In this document: positions 1-8,684 of the stretch, piece by piece
How the letters are laid out: each line of letters opens with the position of its first letter
How positions within the stretch are numbered: position 1 is the stretch's first letter
Source: an uncultured Gammaproteobacteria bacterium
GTDB taxonomy: Bacteria > Patescibacteriota > Microgenomatia > UBA1406 > GWC2-37-13
Direction: 5' to 3'
DNA: 64,000 nt
Assembly (NCBI GenBank): GCA_964559705.1
Contig: CAZLGV010000001.1
Coordinates: 447,322-511,321, forward strand
Made by a program: the position numbers and the translations under genes
Notes under the pieces: generated by a model
Database searches by the model: none
The model's input: only the letters and a program-made list of their open reading frames with translations
Told to the model about the DNA's origin: nothing

Positions 1-873
1 TTAAGTAATCTTCTGACCACGACCACGGTTGAGTTCTCATCTAAATTTAAAAATGACGAAGTGCTTATTGATGGAAAAAAAGATGATAAAGAAGCGAGGC
101 GTGTTATTAAACATTTAAACAGAATAAGAAAATTAGCGAAAATAAATACAGAGGCAAAAGTTGTTTCCAAAAACAATTTTCCAGCTTCAACCGGACTTTC
201 ATCTTCTGCCTCGGGTTTCGCAGCCTTAACTATTGCGGCAACAAAAGCAGCCGGGCTTAATCCCGATCAAAAAGAGCTCTCGATTCTAGCCCGCCAAGGC
301 TCTGGTTCTGCTTGTAGATCGATTCCTGATGGATTTGTTGAGTGGCTAGAAGGCGATAGCAGTGAAACTTCATATGCCCTATCTATTTTTCCACCAGATC
401 ATTGGGATATAGCCGATGTGGTTGTCATTGTTAGTAAGGATAAAAAAGATGTCCCAACAACAAAAGGACATAAACTAGTAGCTTCGAGCCCTTTTTTTGC
501 AGAGAGACTAAAAAAAATAAAAGAGAAAATAGAAAAAATTAAGGTATTAATAAAACAAAAAAAATTTGAGGAATTTGGAGAACTTATTGAAACAGAAGCA
601 CTTGAGCTGCATGCAATAATGCTAACTTCAAAGCCATCACTTTTATATTGGCTTCCCTCAACTGTGCAAATTATGAGGCAGGTGAGAATTTTAAGAAACG
701 AAGGACTTCCGGTTTACTTTACAGTTAATACAGGTCAAGATATTCATTTAATTGTTGAAGGCAAAAACGTAAACTCTTTACTAACGAAGTTAAAACCAGA
801 GAAATATATCAAAAAAATTATAATTAATAAACCAGGAAAGGGAATCTCATTATCAAACAAACATCTCTTTTAA
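1..873 (+). CDS. mvaD: Diphosphomevalonate decarboxylase (mevalonate pathway), 5' end off-window
   Basis: Frame 1 is open from base 1 (LSNLLTTTTVEFSSKFKNDE precedes the tracked GTG at 61). GHMP-fold motifs NFPASTGLSSSASGFAAL and ARQGSGSACRS. Confidence 0.8.
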   Translation, partial: LSNLLTTTTVEFSSKFKNDEVLIDGKKDDKEARRVIKHLNRIRKLAKINTEAKVVSKNNFPASTGLSSSASGFAALTIAATKAAGLNPDQKELSILARQGSGSACRSIPDGFVEWLEGDSSETSYALSIFPPDHWDIADVVVIVSKDKKDVPTTKGHKLVASSPFFAERLKKIKEKIEKIKVLIKQKKFEEFGELIETEALELHAIMLTSKPSLLYWLPSTVQIMRQVRILRNEGLPVYFTVNTGQDIHLIVEGKNVNSLLTKLKPEKYIKKIIINKPGKGISLSNKHLF

Positions 874-874
874 A

Positions 875-1222
875 TTAAGGAGTATCAATTGAAGGAATTT
901 CTATCGGGCAGCTTAAACCGAAACAAAAACGCTCATTAAAAACGAATTGTTCAAGCGTATAGACAATTGTTAGAACAACAAAAATAAGAGTGATTCCCAG
1001 AACTGCATTGCCTATTCTTTGTCTGGCAGTAGAAACCTTTTCTTTATCTCCAGCTGAGGTTATCCAATCAAAAGTCCCCCAAAATAAAAAATATAAGGCA
1101 GTAACTCCAGCAATTATAAAAAAAATTTTCAGAGCAACCCCGATGAGTGTTCCAATAACCTGTCGTGGGTCGTCCGCAAAACCCGAAACTGGAGGTGTTA
1201 TTTTCCCAACAAAATCATTCAT
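875..1222 (-). CDS. Small two-helix membrane protein, TrbC/VirB2-like (T4SS-pilin-like) paralog
   Basis: Two hydrophobic helices flank the motif ITSAGDKEKVSTARQRIGNAVLG. The same motif recurs in ORFs ending at 1548, 19108 and 26726. Confidence 0.6.
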   Translation of the reverse strand: MNDFVGKITPPVSGFADDPRQVIGTLIGVALKIFFIIAGVTALYFLFWGTFDWITSAGDKEKVSTARQRIGNAVLGITLIFVVLTIVYTLEQFVFNERFCFGLSCPIEIPSIDTP

Positions 1223-1548
1223 AAGGGAAGATCAACATCTAAAATTATTTCTATAATCTTTACAATTAGAAAGCTCAAAATAATAATTATTAATCCACCG
1301 ATGGCTGAACCAAATATTTTTTGAGCCCGTTTAAATTTATCACTATTTCCACCGGCCGTCAACATAGTAAAAGCTGCGTAAAGTGCCATGCCAAGTGTAG
1401 CTACTCCAGCTCCGCCAACTAAAATAGGAACGATTAAATTTACAATAGAAGCAATGTCAGAAAATTTTGCCGCCGGGAAGGTTGTCGGATTGATCTCTAA
1501 GGCATAAACCATAATGTATACTATACAAAATGCTAACACATTTGGCAA
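1219..1548 (-). CDS. Small two-helix membrane protein, TrbC/VirB2-like (T4SS-pilin-like) paralog
   Basis: Motif LTAGGNSDKFKRAQKIFGSAIGG between two hydrophobic helices. 4-nt overlap with the downstream paralog. The exact start is uncertain because the N-terminus overlaps the uppS start. Confidence 0.55.
   Translation of the reverse strand: MPNVLAFCIVYIMVYALEINPTTFPAAKFSDIASIVNLIVPILVGGAGVATLGMALYAAFTMLTAGGNSDKFKRAQKIFGSAIGGLIIIILSFLIVKIIEIILDVDLPL
1517..1522 (+). promoter_or_regulatory. -10-like box TATACT, 7 nt upstream of the uppS ATG
   Basis: tgTATACTatacaaaATG; no Shine-Dalgarno between the box and the start. Confidence 0.4.
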
Positions 1549-2213
1549 TTATTCCCGATGGAAACAGAAGATGGGCACAAAAACGAGGGTTACCAACTTT
1601 TGAAGGACATAGAAGAGGATTTGAAAGAATAAAAGAACTAGGAAAAAAAGCAAGAGAAATGGGAATAAAAATATTTACGGTTTGGGCTTTTTCTACAGAA
1701 AATTGGGCAAGATCAAAAAAAGAGATCCATTATTTGATGGGAATTTATAAACAATGGATCGATGAAAATCTTAAACAAGCAATTAAAGATAAGATACACA
1801 TAGTTCACCTCGGCAGAAAAGATAGAATTCCAAGTGTTTTAAAAAAAAAGATTGTTGAAGCAGAAGAAAAAACAAAAAGATTTAATGCTCATTATTTTGT
1901 CATAGCTTTAGATTATGGGGGAAGAGACGAAGTGTTGCGTGCAACGCAACAAGTTCAAAGTTCAAAGTTCAAAGTTCAAAATTTAACCGAGGAGACGTTT
2001 ACACAATTTCTTGACACGAGGGATTTGCCTTACCCTTATCCTGATTTGGTAATTCGGACAAGTGGCGAGATACGCATGTCAGGTTTTATGCCTTGGCAGG
2101 CAGCTTATTCAGAATGGATTTTCTACCCTAAGTATTTACCTGATTTTACAGCTAATGACCTGGAACATTGTATCAAGCAATTTGAGGACAGGAAGAGAAG
2201 ATTCGGGAAATAA
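1530..2213 (+). CDS. uppS: Undecaprenyl-diphosphate synthase (isoprenyl transferase)
   Basis: IIPDGNRRWA, FSTENWAR and DLVIRTSGE..S.F..WQ motifs of cis-prenyltransferases. Confidence 0.9.
   Translation: MLTHLAIIPDGNRRWAQKRGLPTFEGHRRGFERIKELGKKAREMGIKIFTVWAFSTENWARSKKEIHYLMGIYKQWIDENLKQAIKDKIHIVHLGRKDRIPSVLKKKIVEAEEKTKRFNAHYFVIALDYGGRDEVLRATQQVQSSKFKVQNLTEETFTQFLDTRDLPYPYPDLVIRTSGEIRMSGFMPWQAAYSEWIFYPKYLPDFTANDLEHCIKQFEDRKRRFGK
1951..1981. repeat. Perfect tandem heptanucleotide repeat (AAGTTCA x4.4) inside uppS
   Basis: aagttca aagttca aagttca aagttca aaa read directly; it encodes QVQSSKFKVQN. Confidence 0.9.
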
Positions 2214-2224
2214 GCGGGAAAAAT

Positions 2225-2233
2225 TGCTATAAT
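2225..2233 (+). promoter_or_regulatory. Extended -10 promoter TGcTATAAT, 7 nt upstream of ATG 2241
   Basis: aaatTGcTATAATaattttgATG; no SD. Confidence 0.5.
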
Positions 2234-2240
2234 AATTTTG

Positions 2241-3284
2241 ATGTTTCAACCTTCATTTACAATAACCAACAAAATCTTAAACAGTATTGCCAAAATAGAG
2301 GCCGCAGAGGAAACAATTAGGCACGCTCCACTTCTGCCTCTCTGGGAGAAGCAATTTCAAGAGGACGCCGTTGTCAGATCTGTTTATCACGGAACTCACA
2401 TAGAAGGAAACCTGCTTCATAAAGACGATGCAAAAAATTTATTGCTGGGAAAAGACGTGCTTGGCAGACCAAGGGATATTCAAGAGGTGATAAATTATAG
2501 GAAAGTAGTTGATTTTATAGATGATGAAGCAAAAAAACACATCGATAAAATAACTGAACAGCTTATCAAAAAACTCCATCGCATTATAACAGAAAAAATA
2601 ATGCCGTCAGAGCAAGCTGGAGAGTACAGAACAAAACAAGTGGTCATAAAAAATTCCCAAACTGGAGAAATCACTTTTAAACCACCCCCACCAATGGAAA
2701 TTCCTTTCTTAATGAGAGAATTTACCTATTGGATAAATCGACAAGGAAAAGAGGATCTACATCCCCTCTTAAAAGCAGGAATAGCTCATTATGAGCTGGT
2801 CCATATTCATCCTTTCTTTGATGGTAACGGACGAGTTGCCAGAGCCTTAGCAACCTTAATTTTATTTCTTGACGGCTATGATATTAGAAGGTTTTTTTCC
2901 TTTGAGGAATATTATGATAAGGATGCTGTCATCTATTATGAACATCTGCAAAAAGCCTCAGCCGGGAACTTAACCTCCTGGCTTGAGTATTTTACCTATG
3001 GAGCAGCTATAGAGTTTGATAAAGTTAGAGAAAAAGTATTAAGACTATCTAAGGATGCCAAACTAAAAGAAAGATTTGGAGGCAGACAAATTTTTTTAAC
3101 AGAGCGACAGGTAAAAATTATTGAATACATGCAAGAAGTAGGGCAATTACAGAATAAATTGTTCTCCACACTTTTCCCCGACGTTTCAGAAGATACAGTT
3201 TTGCGTGATATTCAAGAGCTTATCAAAAATAATCTTATTAAAAAAGTTGGCAGCACGAAAGCAGCCAGATATGTTTTAATTTAA
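2241..3284 (+). CDS. Fic family protein (AMPylase-type) with C-terminal winged-helix region
   Basis: Canonical Fic motif HPFFDGNGRVARA. N-terminal THIEGN resembles the inhibitory-helix ..xIEGN motif. The ORF track starts at TTG 2238, but ATG 2241 fits the promoter spacing. Confidence 0.85.
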   Translation: MFQPSFTITNKILNSIAKIEAAEETIRHAPLLPLWEKQFQEDAVVRSVYHGTHIEGNLLHKDDAKNLLLGKDVLGRPRDIQEVINYRKVVDFIDDEAKKHIDKITEQLIKKLHRIITEKIMPSEQAGEYRTKQVVIKNSQTGEITFKPPPPMEIPFLMREFTYWINRQGKEDLHPLLKAGIAHYELVHIHPFFDGNGRVARALATLILFLDGYDIRRFFSFEEYYDKDAVIYYEHLQKASAGNLTSWLEYFTYGAAIEFDKVREKVLRLSKDAKLKERFGGRQIFLTERQVKIIEYMQEVGQLQNKLFSTLFPDVSEDTVLRDIQELIKNNLIKKVGSTKAARYVLI

Positions 3285-3294
3285 AAACACAAAA

Positions 3295-3480
3295 ATGAGT
3301 AACTATTCCTGGGAAATTATCTATATAGGATTTCTTTTGCCAAGCCTTTTTTCAATAACCTTGATTATAGAGGGGATATATAAAATATATAAACATGAGG
3401 AAGGACTATTTACATTTTTAATGGGGGTTTTTTTTATAATAGGATTAGCCCTTTTTTATTTATTCTTGATTCCAAAATGA
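3295..3480 (+). CDS. Small two-TM membrane protein, unknown function
   Basis: 61 aa with two hydrophobic helices; ATGA overlap with the ligase start. Confidence 0.4.
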   Translation: MSNYSWEIIYIGFLLPSLFSITLIIEGIYKIYKHEEGLFTFLMGVFFIIGLALFYLFLIPK

Positions 3481-5264
3481 AATTTAAAGAACTATCACTG
3501 TATTTCAAAAAAGTAGAAGATACTGCTTCTAGACTTGAAATCACGCGTCTTCTTGCGGAACTTTTTAAAAAATTGACAGCGAAAGAGATAGATAAGACTA
3601 TGTATCTCCTTCAGGGACGGGTTGTTCCAATGTTTGATCCGGTGGAGTTTGGTTTTGCCGAGAAAATGGTTATCAGAAGTGCCGTTTCTGCCTTAAGCAT
3701 AGATAAAGATAAGTTTATAGGCGAATATGGAAAAATTGGAGATATTGGAAAAACTGTTGAGCGCTTTAAAAAAAGTTCAAAGCGGGATTTAGAAATAATT
3801 GAGGTTTTTAATGAGCTTTCGAGATTAGCAAACAGTGGGGGAAAGGGCTCACAAGAGATAAAAGTAACCATTCTTTCTAACCTAATTAGCCAATTGGATT
3901 CTTTATCTTGTCGTTATCTAGTCCGAATAGTCCTTGGAGTCATGCGACTTGGATTCTCCGATATGACTGTACTCGATTCGTTATCCTGGATGATTAAGAA
4001 TAATAAGAGCTTGCGGCCAGCAATTGAGGGAGCCTACCATGTGCGGCCAGACCTTGGTTTTTTGGCTAAATTTATAAAAGAGAATAATGGAAAGAAGCTT
4101 GATAGAATACAACCCAATCTTTTTACTCCAATTCTAATGATGAAAGCAGAAAGACTTTCATCTGCCCAAGACATATTAAAAAAAATTGGAGAATGCGCTG
4201 TCGAACCCAAATATGATGGATTTCGTCTCCAGGTCCACTATAAAAAAAATCCGCCAGCTGGCGGAGAAGCACGTTTATATTCGCGAAATCTTGAGGAAGT
4301 ATCAAGGATGTATCCGGATTTAATAGAGGCGGTAAAAAGGCAAGTTTCTGCAAAGGAAATAATTTTTGAAGGTGAGGCAATTGGTTTTGATCCCTACAGT
4401 GGAAACTTTCTTCCCTTCCAAGAAACAGTTCAGAGAAAAAGAAAGTACAGAATAGAAGAGATGGCCAAACAAATTCCCCTGAAACTTTTTACATTCGAAT
4501 TGCTTTATTTGAATGGAAAAAGTTATATTAACCAAGCTTTTTCGCAAAGGAGAAAACATCTAGCTAAAATCATTAAATCAAGTGGAGATGAGTTCAAAGA
4601 CATCATCTTAGTTTCCCAGGAAGAGATAATAAAAGATGAAAAAAAATTGGAAATTATGTTTGAGGAAGCTCTTTCAAAGGGATTGGAAGGAGTAGTGGCC
4701 AAGAAATTAACTGGAGTTTACCAGCCTGGAGCCAGAGGATGGAATTGGATAAAGTTCAAAAGAAGTTATTCTGCAAAAGTTGAGGATACGATAGATTGTT
4801 TGGTCATGGGTTACGATTTCGGGAGAGGAAAAAGAGCGGGGTTTGGCATAGGAGCATTTTTGGTCGGAGTTTACGACCAGAAAAAAGATAATTTTGTAAC
4901 TGTTGCAAAAATTGGTACTGGATTATCAGATCAAGAATGGAAACAATTAAAAGTTAAAAGTGAAAAGTTAAAAATTGAGAAAAAACCTGCGCTTTATAAT
5001 GTAGATAAACAAATGTATACAGATGTCTGGGTAAAGCCTGCCCTAGTGGTTGAGATTAAAGCTGATGAGATAACTCGCTCTCCGGTGCATACAGCAGGCA
5101 GAGTGATGAAAAAGTCAAAAAGTGGGTCTGCCCTTGATGTTGATACTCCAGGATTTGCTCTTAGATTTCCCCGACTTAAACATTTTAGAGATGATAGAAG
5201 ACCAGAAGATGCAACAACTCTTCGGGAAGTTGAAAAGATGTTTAAAGCTCAAGGAAAAAAATAG
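3477..5264 (+). CDS. lig: ATP-dependent DNA ligase, archaeal/eukaryotic Lig1-like three-domain type
   Basis: Adenylation motif I EPKYDGFR, EGEA, EGVVAK and WIKFK motifs. The 595-aa length includes an N-terminal DNA-binding domain. Confidence 0.9.
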   Translation: MKFKELSLYFKKVEDTASRLEITRLLAELFKKLTAKEIDKTMYLLQGRVVPMFDPVEFGFAEKMVIRSAVSALSIDKDKFIGEYGKIGDIGKTVERFKKSSKRDLEIIEVFNELSRLANSGGKGSQEIKVTILSNLISQLDSLSCRYLVRIVLGVMRLGFSDMTVLDSLSWMIKNNKSLRPAIEGAYHVRPDLGFLAKFIKENNGKKLDRIQPNLFTPILMMKAERLSSAQDILKKIGECAVEPKYDGFRLQVHYKKNPPAGGEARLYSRNLEEVSRMYPDLIEAVKRQVSAKEIIFEGEAIGFDPYSGNFLPFQETVQRKRKYRIEEMAKQIPLKLFTFELLYLNGKSYINQAFSQRRKHLAKIIKSSGDEFKDIILVSQEEIIKDEKKLEIMFEEALSKGLEGVVAKKLTGVYQPGARGWNWIKFKRSYSAKVEDTIDCLVMGYDFGRGKRAGFGIGAFLVGVYDQKKDNFVTVAKIGTGLSDQEWKQLKVKSEKLKIEKKPALYNVDKQMYTDVWVKPALVVEIKADEITRSPVHTAGRVMKKSKSGSALDVDTPGFALRFPRLKHFRDDRRPEDATTLREVEKMFKAQGKK

Positions 5265-5271
5265 AGCAATT

Positions 5272-6438
5272 CTACTTTTGAATCAGAGAAGAATATAATG
5301 ACTCGAGTTTTTTGATGGTGTTGACCATGGAATATTTTTTTGCCAATTTTAAAGACGCTTTTCTATACTGATTTTGTAATTTGGAAGAGTTGGCAATTGT
5401 CCTAAGGGCATTTGCAAATGCTTCTGTATTATCTGGTTGGCAAAGAATACCGTTTTTAGAAACCAACTCTGGAATACCTTTTGCCTTTACTCCGATGATT
5501 GGCAATCCAAATAATAGTGTTTCTAAAATACTAATTGGCTGATTTTCGCTGGTACTGGCTGTGACAAAAGCAATAGCGTCCTTTATAATGTTAGAGTTCA
5601 TCAATGTTTCATGTGGGATTTGACCCATAAATAATACGCGTTTATCTAATTTATACCCTTTTGTTAAAGCTTCTAGTTTTTCACGGGCTGGTCCATCGCC
5701 GACTATTACTAACATGTGTTTGTTATCACTTTGAAAAAACTTGTAAAAAGATTCTATGAGTTTATCGATATTTTTTTCAAAACTTATTCTGCCGATGAAG
5801 AGAAAGTAGGATTTTGCCAAAGGAAACTTTTTACTTGAATTTTTTTTTGAATTAGTTACATTGAATGAAACACCAACTGGGATTACTTTGATTGGCCGAG
5901 TTACACCATGAGTTAACAATTCTTTTTTGGCAAATTGTGATGGAGAAATAACAACATCGGCTGCGTTATAGAAAAGATTATTATAGAACCAGCCAATTTT
6001 ATTAACTGTAAGGTTAGTGTCAAGTCCTATTTTATCAAGCCCAACCACCCTTAAATATTCAGGTTCCATAAAATATGTATGAAATGTTCCAACCAGTGGA
6101 ATTTTTAATAATTTTGAAACCATTACTCCATTGCTTCCCACCGTGAAAGGAGTGTGGAAATGGATTATCTCAGCCTGAAATTCTCTGACCGTATTAAGAA
6201 CATCTAAAGATAACGGAAAAGTTATTCTAAAATCTTTGTAAATTGGATTTGGGACAGCCGGTAAATAATGTATTTTTATTGCAGATAGGGACGTTTTTTT
6301 AATAGCTGAAGCGGGTTTGGGCGCACATATAAGAATCTTATGACCTCTTTCTTTCAAGTTTTTTGTTGATTCTATAATGTGTGTAACTACACCATTGACC
6401 TGGGGTAAAAAAGAATCTGTAAATATCGCTAGTTTCAT
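5272..6438 (-). CDS. Glycosyltransferase family 4 (GT-B)
   Basis: N-terminal FTDSFLPQVNGV and C-terminal SENQPISILETLLFGLPIIG (EX7E-like) motifs. Confidence 0.8.
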   Translation of the reverse strand: MKLAIFTDSFLPQVNGVVTHIIESTKNLKERGHKILICAPKPASAIKKTSLSAIKIHYLPAVPNPIYKDFRITFPLSLDVLNTVREFQAEIIHFHTPFTVGSNGVMVSKLLKIPLVGTFHTYFMEPEYLRVVGLDKIGLDTNLTVNKIGWFYNNLFYNAADVVISPSQFAKKELLTHGVTRPIKVIPVGVSFNVTNSKKNSSKKFPLAKSYFLFIGRISFEKNIDKLIESFYKFFQSDNKHMLVIVGDGPAREKLEALTKGYKLDKRVLFMGQIPHETLMNSNIIKDAIAFVTASTSENQPISILETLLFGLPIIGVKAKGIPELVSKNGILCQPDNTEAFANALRTIANSSKLQNQYRKASLKLAKKYSMVNTIKKLESLYSSLIQK

Positions 6439-7562
6439 AATTTAGTCAAAATTTGAAAATAAAATTGTTCGGTTTTTCTTGCTGTTTCGTCCCAGTTATA
6501 CTTTCTGCTTTCTCTTAAACCCCAGTTCTTAAGCTTATCACGTAACTCCGCATCTTTTATAAGTTTTTTTAAAACATTGGCTAGAGCAAAATAATTTCTT
6601 GGTTTAACCAGTAATTCAGGCTGGGGATAGTTTTTTAATGATTCCTTAAAGGCCTCATTTTTAAAACCCACAACAGAACAACCACAAGCCAGTGCTTCCA
6701 AGACAGTCAAACCGTAACCTTCATCAACGTAGGGCGCGCAGAAGATATCGGCTTGTTGGTAATGCCGTCTTTTTACAAGATCTGAAACTGAGCCAACGAA
6801 CTTAACATTCTGGTTGAGTCCAGATTCAATAACAAAGTTTTCAAACTTCTTCCTCTCATTGCCATCACCAACAATGACCAATTTAATTTTGGGAAACTCC
6901 TTGACTAGAATTTCCATTGCCTTTAAAAGATAGATAAGTCCCTTTTTAGAAATAAGCCTAGCCAGAAAAAGAATTTTTATATTACCGTCTGCCTTATTAT
7001 TTTCTTCCGGAAAATATAGTGCATGGTCCAAACCGTTTAATATTGTTTTTTGTGGAACTCTTCTATCACAGAGTCTAATAAACCTTTTTTTAGTTATTTC
7101 TGAAACATAGATTGCTCCATTAATATAGGAAGAAAATTGTTTTTTAAAAAAAGGAAAGATCAAATTGAGAACATTGCCTACAGAATTATTATCCCAGGAA
7201 ACATGGAAGGTAACGATTTTGGGAATGTTAACATTTTTCAATAATTCCCAGGATATAAAAGGAGCAAGAGGTTCTTCTATATGGCAGATATCAAAATTTC
7301 CTTTATTTATTATTTCCGAAGGCTTTCTACCGTTTGGCCAGAAATTTATATCTGCCCATTCTCCATTTGGCATAGGAACGTTTATTGATTTGCCAATTGA
7401 ACGATAACTACGATAGCGCTTTGTATTAGCTGCTCCAAAAATTGTAATTTTATGCCCAAGCTTGTTTAATGCATTTGATAAATAATAAACATGCTCTTGT
7501 ACACCTCCATGAGTCGATGGATTAGAAGATAAAAACATAGCAATCCTTAAACGTTTTTTCAT
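6435..7562 (-). CDS. Glycosyltransferase family 4 (GT-B)
   Basis: HGGVQEHV near the N-terminus and EGYGLTVLEALACGCSVVG. 4-nt overlap with the downstream GT4. Confidence 0.8.
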   Translation of the reverse strand: MKKRLRIAMFLSSNPSTHGGVQEHVYYLSNALNKLGHKITIFGAANTKRYRSYRSIGKSINVPMPNGEWADINFWPNGRKPSEIINKGNFDICHIEEPLAPFISWELLKNVNIPKIVTFHVSWDNNSVGNVLNLIFPFFKKQFSSYINGAIYVSEITKKRFIRLCDRRVPQKTILNGLDHALYFPEENNKADGNIKILFLARLISKKGLIYLLKAMEILVKEFPKIKLVIVGDGNERKKFENFVIESGLNQNVKFVGSVSDLVKRRHYQQADIFCAPYVDEGYGLTVLEALACGCSVVGFKNEAFKESLKNYPQPELLVKPRNYFALANVLKKLIKDAELRDKLKNWGLRESRKYNWDETARKTEQFYFQILTKL

Positions 7563-7572
7563 AAAAATAATT

Positions 7573-8292
7573 TTAAATTTGAAACTCTGTAATGATGGGA
7601 AAATGGTCTGATTGGACAGAAAAAAGTTTAATGTTTGACTTCAATTTTAAATTTTTGTAGAGCACATAATCCAGTTTTAACTTGAGTGAAATTTTTTTCA
7701 ATATTCTTCGCTCCAGAGTGAAATTAACATTAGTTGTAGCTTCTTCAAGCTCATAATTTTTAATTAATAATTCAAATTTTCTCCTGCCATAAGGATAATT
7801 AAAATCACCAGCTAAGATGGTGGCAATATTTTTTTCAAGTGGAAGATCGTCTAGAGTATTTTGTATCTGTTTTATCCGAAGACTATTTGTGGAAGCAGGA
7901 GTTAGGTGAATATTATAAACAGAGACTTTTTTACCACTTTTTTTAAATACAAATTCATTTCTCAGAACTGTCCGTGGATTTCTATTCCTATGCAATATAA
8001 AGGAGATAATCTGATATAAATTTGTAGGCAAATTAAAGCTGCGAGAGCTTATGAGTTGACAGCTTAGAGGACTATAAAAACTTGCAACTCCATATATTTT
8101 TTTTGAGCGTATAAAGGTATTTGAAAAATCAGCAAGTTGATATTTATATTTTTCTACTTTTTTTAAATTCTGATCAGAGGTATCTATTTCCTGAAAACAG
8201 AGAATATCAGGCCTAAATTCATTTAGTATTCCTCCGATTTCATCTATTGCTCTATTAAGCATTAGGTTGTAGGTCAGTAGCTGAAGCTTCAT
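7573..8292 (-). CDS. Endonuclease/exonuclease/phosphatase (EEP) family protein
   Basis: ILCFQEI, GDFN and terminal SDHFPI motifs. Confidence 0.75.
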   Translation of the reverse strand: MKLQLLTYNLMLNRAIDEIGGILNEFRPDILCFQEIDTSDQNLKKVEKYKYQLADFSNTFIRSKKIYGVASFYSPLSCQLISSRSFNLPTNLYQIISFILHRNRNPRTVLRNEFVFKKSGKKVSVYNIHLTPASTNSLRIKQIQNTLDDLPLEKNIATILAGDFNYPYGRRKFELLIKNYELEEATTNVNFTLERRILKKISLKLKLDYVLYKNLKLKSNIKLFSVQSDHFPIITEFQI

Positions 8293-8397
8293 AAAACAGA
8301 TGTCTAATTATACAAAAAAGAACAGTTTTTAGAGGAAGAAGCAGACTGAATATTTCTATAGGACGTCTTATAGCAGGAGACTTTTTTTCTATAGGTC

Positions 8398-8426
8398 TTG
8401 ACAAATTATTTCAAGGGGTGTATATT
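8398..8426 (+). promoter_or_regulatory. Near-consensus sigma70 promoter TTGACA-N17-TATATT
   Basis: -35 at 8398-8403 and -10 at 8421-8426, with ATG 8434 exactly 7 nt downstream. A 10-nt direct repeat TTTCTATAGG lies at 8353 and 8386 just upstream. Confidence 0.55.
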
Positions 8427-8433
8427 GATTTTT

Positions 8434-8586
8434 ATGAAATTACTTGCATTATTAGGAAGGGCTAAAACGCAAATAAGCAGAATGAAGAAAAGAAAAAGGG
8501 AAGAATTTATCGATTTTGCAGCCAGTCAATTCAAAGAATTAAAGCAAAGAAATCTTAATATTCCAGTTACACTCTTCCATTTATAG
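8434..8586 (+). CDS. Small basic protein (50 aa), unknown function
   Basis: MKLLALLGRAKTQISRMKKRKREEFIDFAASQFKELKQRNLNIPVTLFHL. Promoter placement suggests a leaderless ATG. The track's TTG 8398 start coincides with the -35 box. Confidence 0.35.
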   Translation: MKLLALLGRAKTQISRMKKRKREEFIDFAASQFKELKQRNLNIPVTLFHL

Positions 8587-8591
8587 GCGAA

Positions 8592-8646
8592 TAAAAAAGA
8601 GCATCACTACCGCTCGTGTAAGGGGACGACGAGTAGTAATGCTCTT
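8592..8646 (-). terminator. Rho-independent terminator hairpin for the DUF2298 gene, possibly bidirectional
   Basis: A 13-bp stem (agagcatcactac / gtagtaatgctct, 1 mismatch) plus a 4-bp upper stem. It is followed on the minus strand by TTTTTTAT. Confidence 0.5.
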
Positions 8647-8684
8647 GTGGTAAACAATAGCATAAATAAAAATACTTGTCAAGT

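Noticed and set aside
990-1256. An 88-aa plus-strand ORF opposite the pilin-like genes.
   Set aside because: It is antisense to two paralogous ORFs that carry a conserved motif, and it has no independent support.
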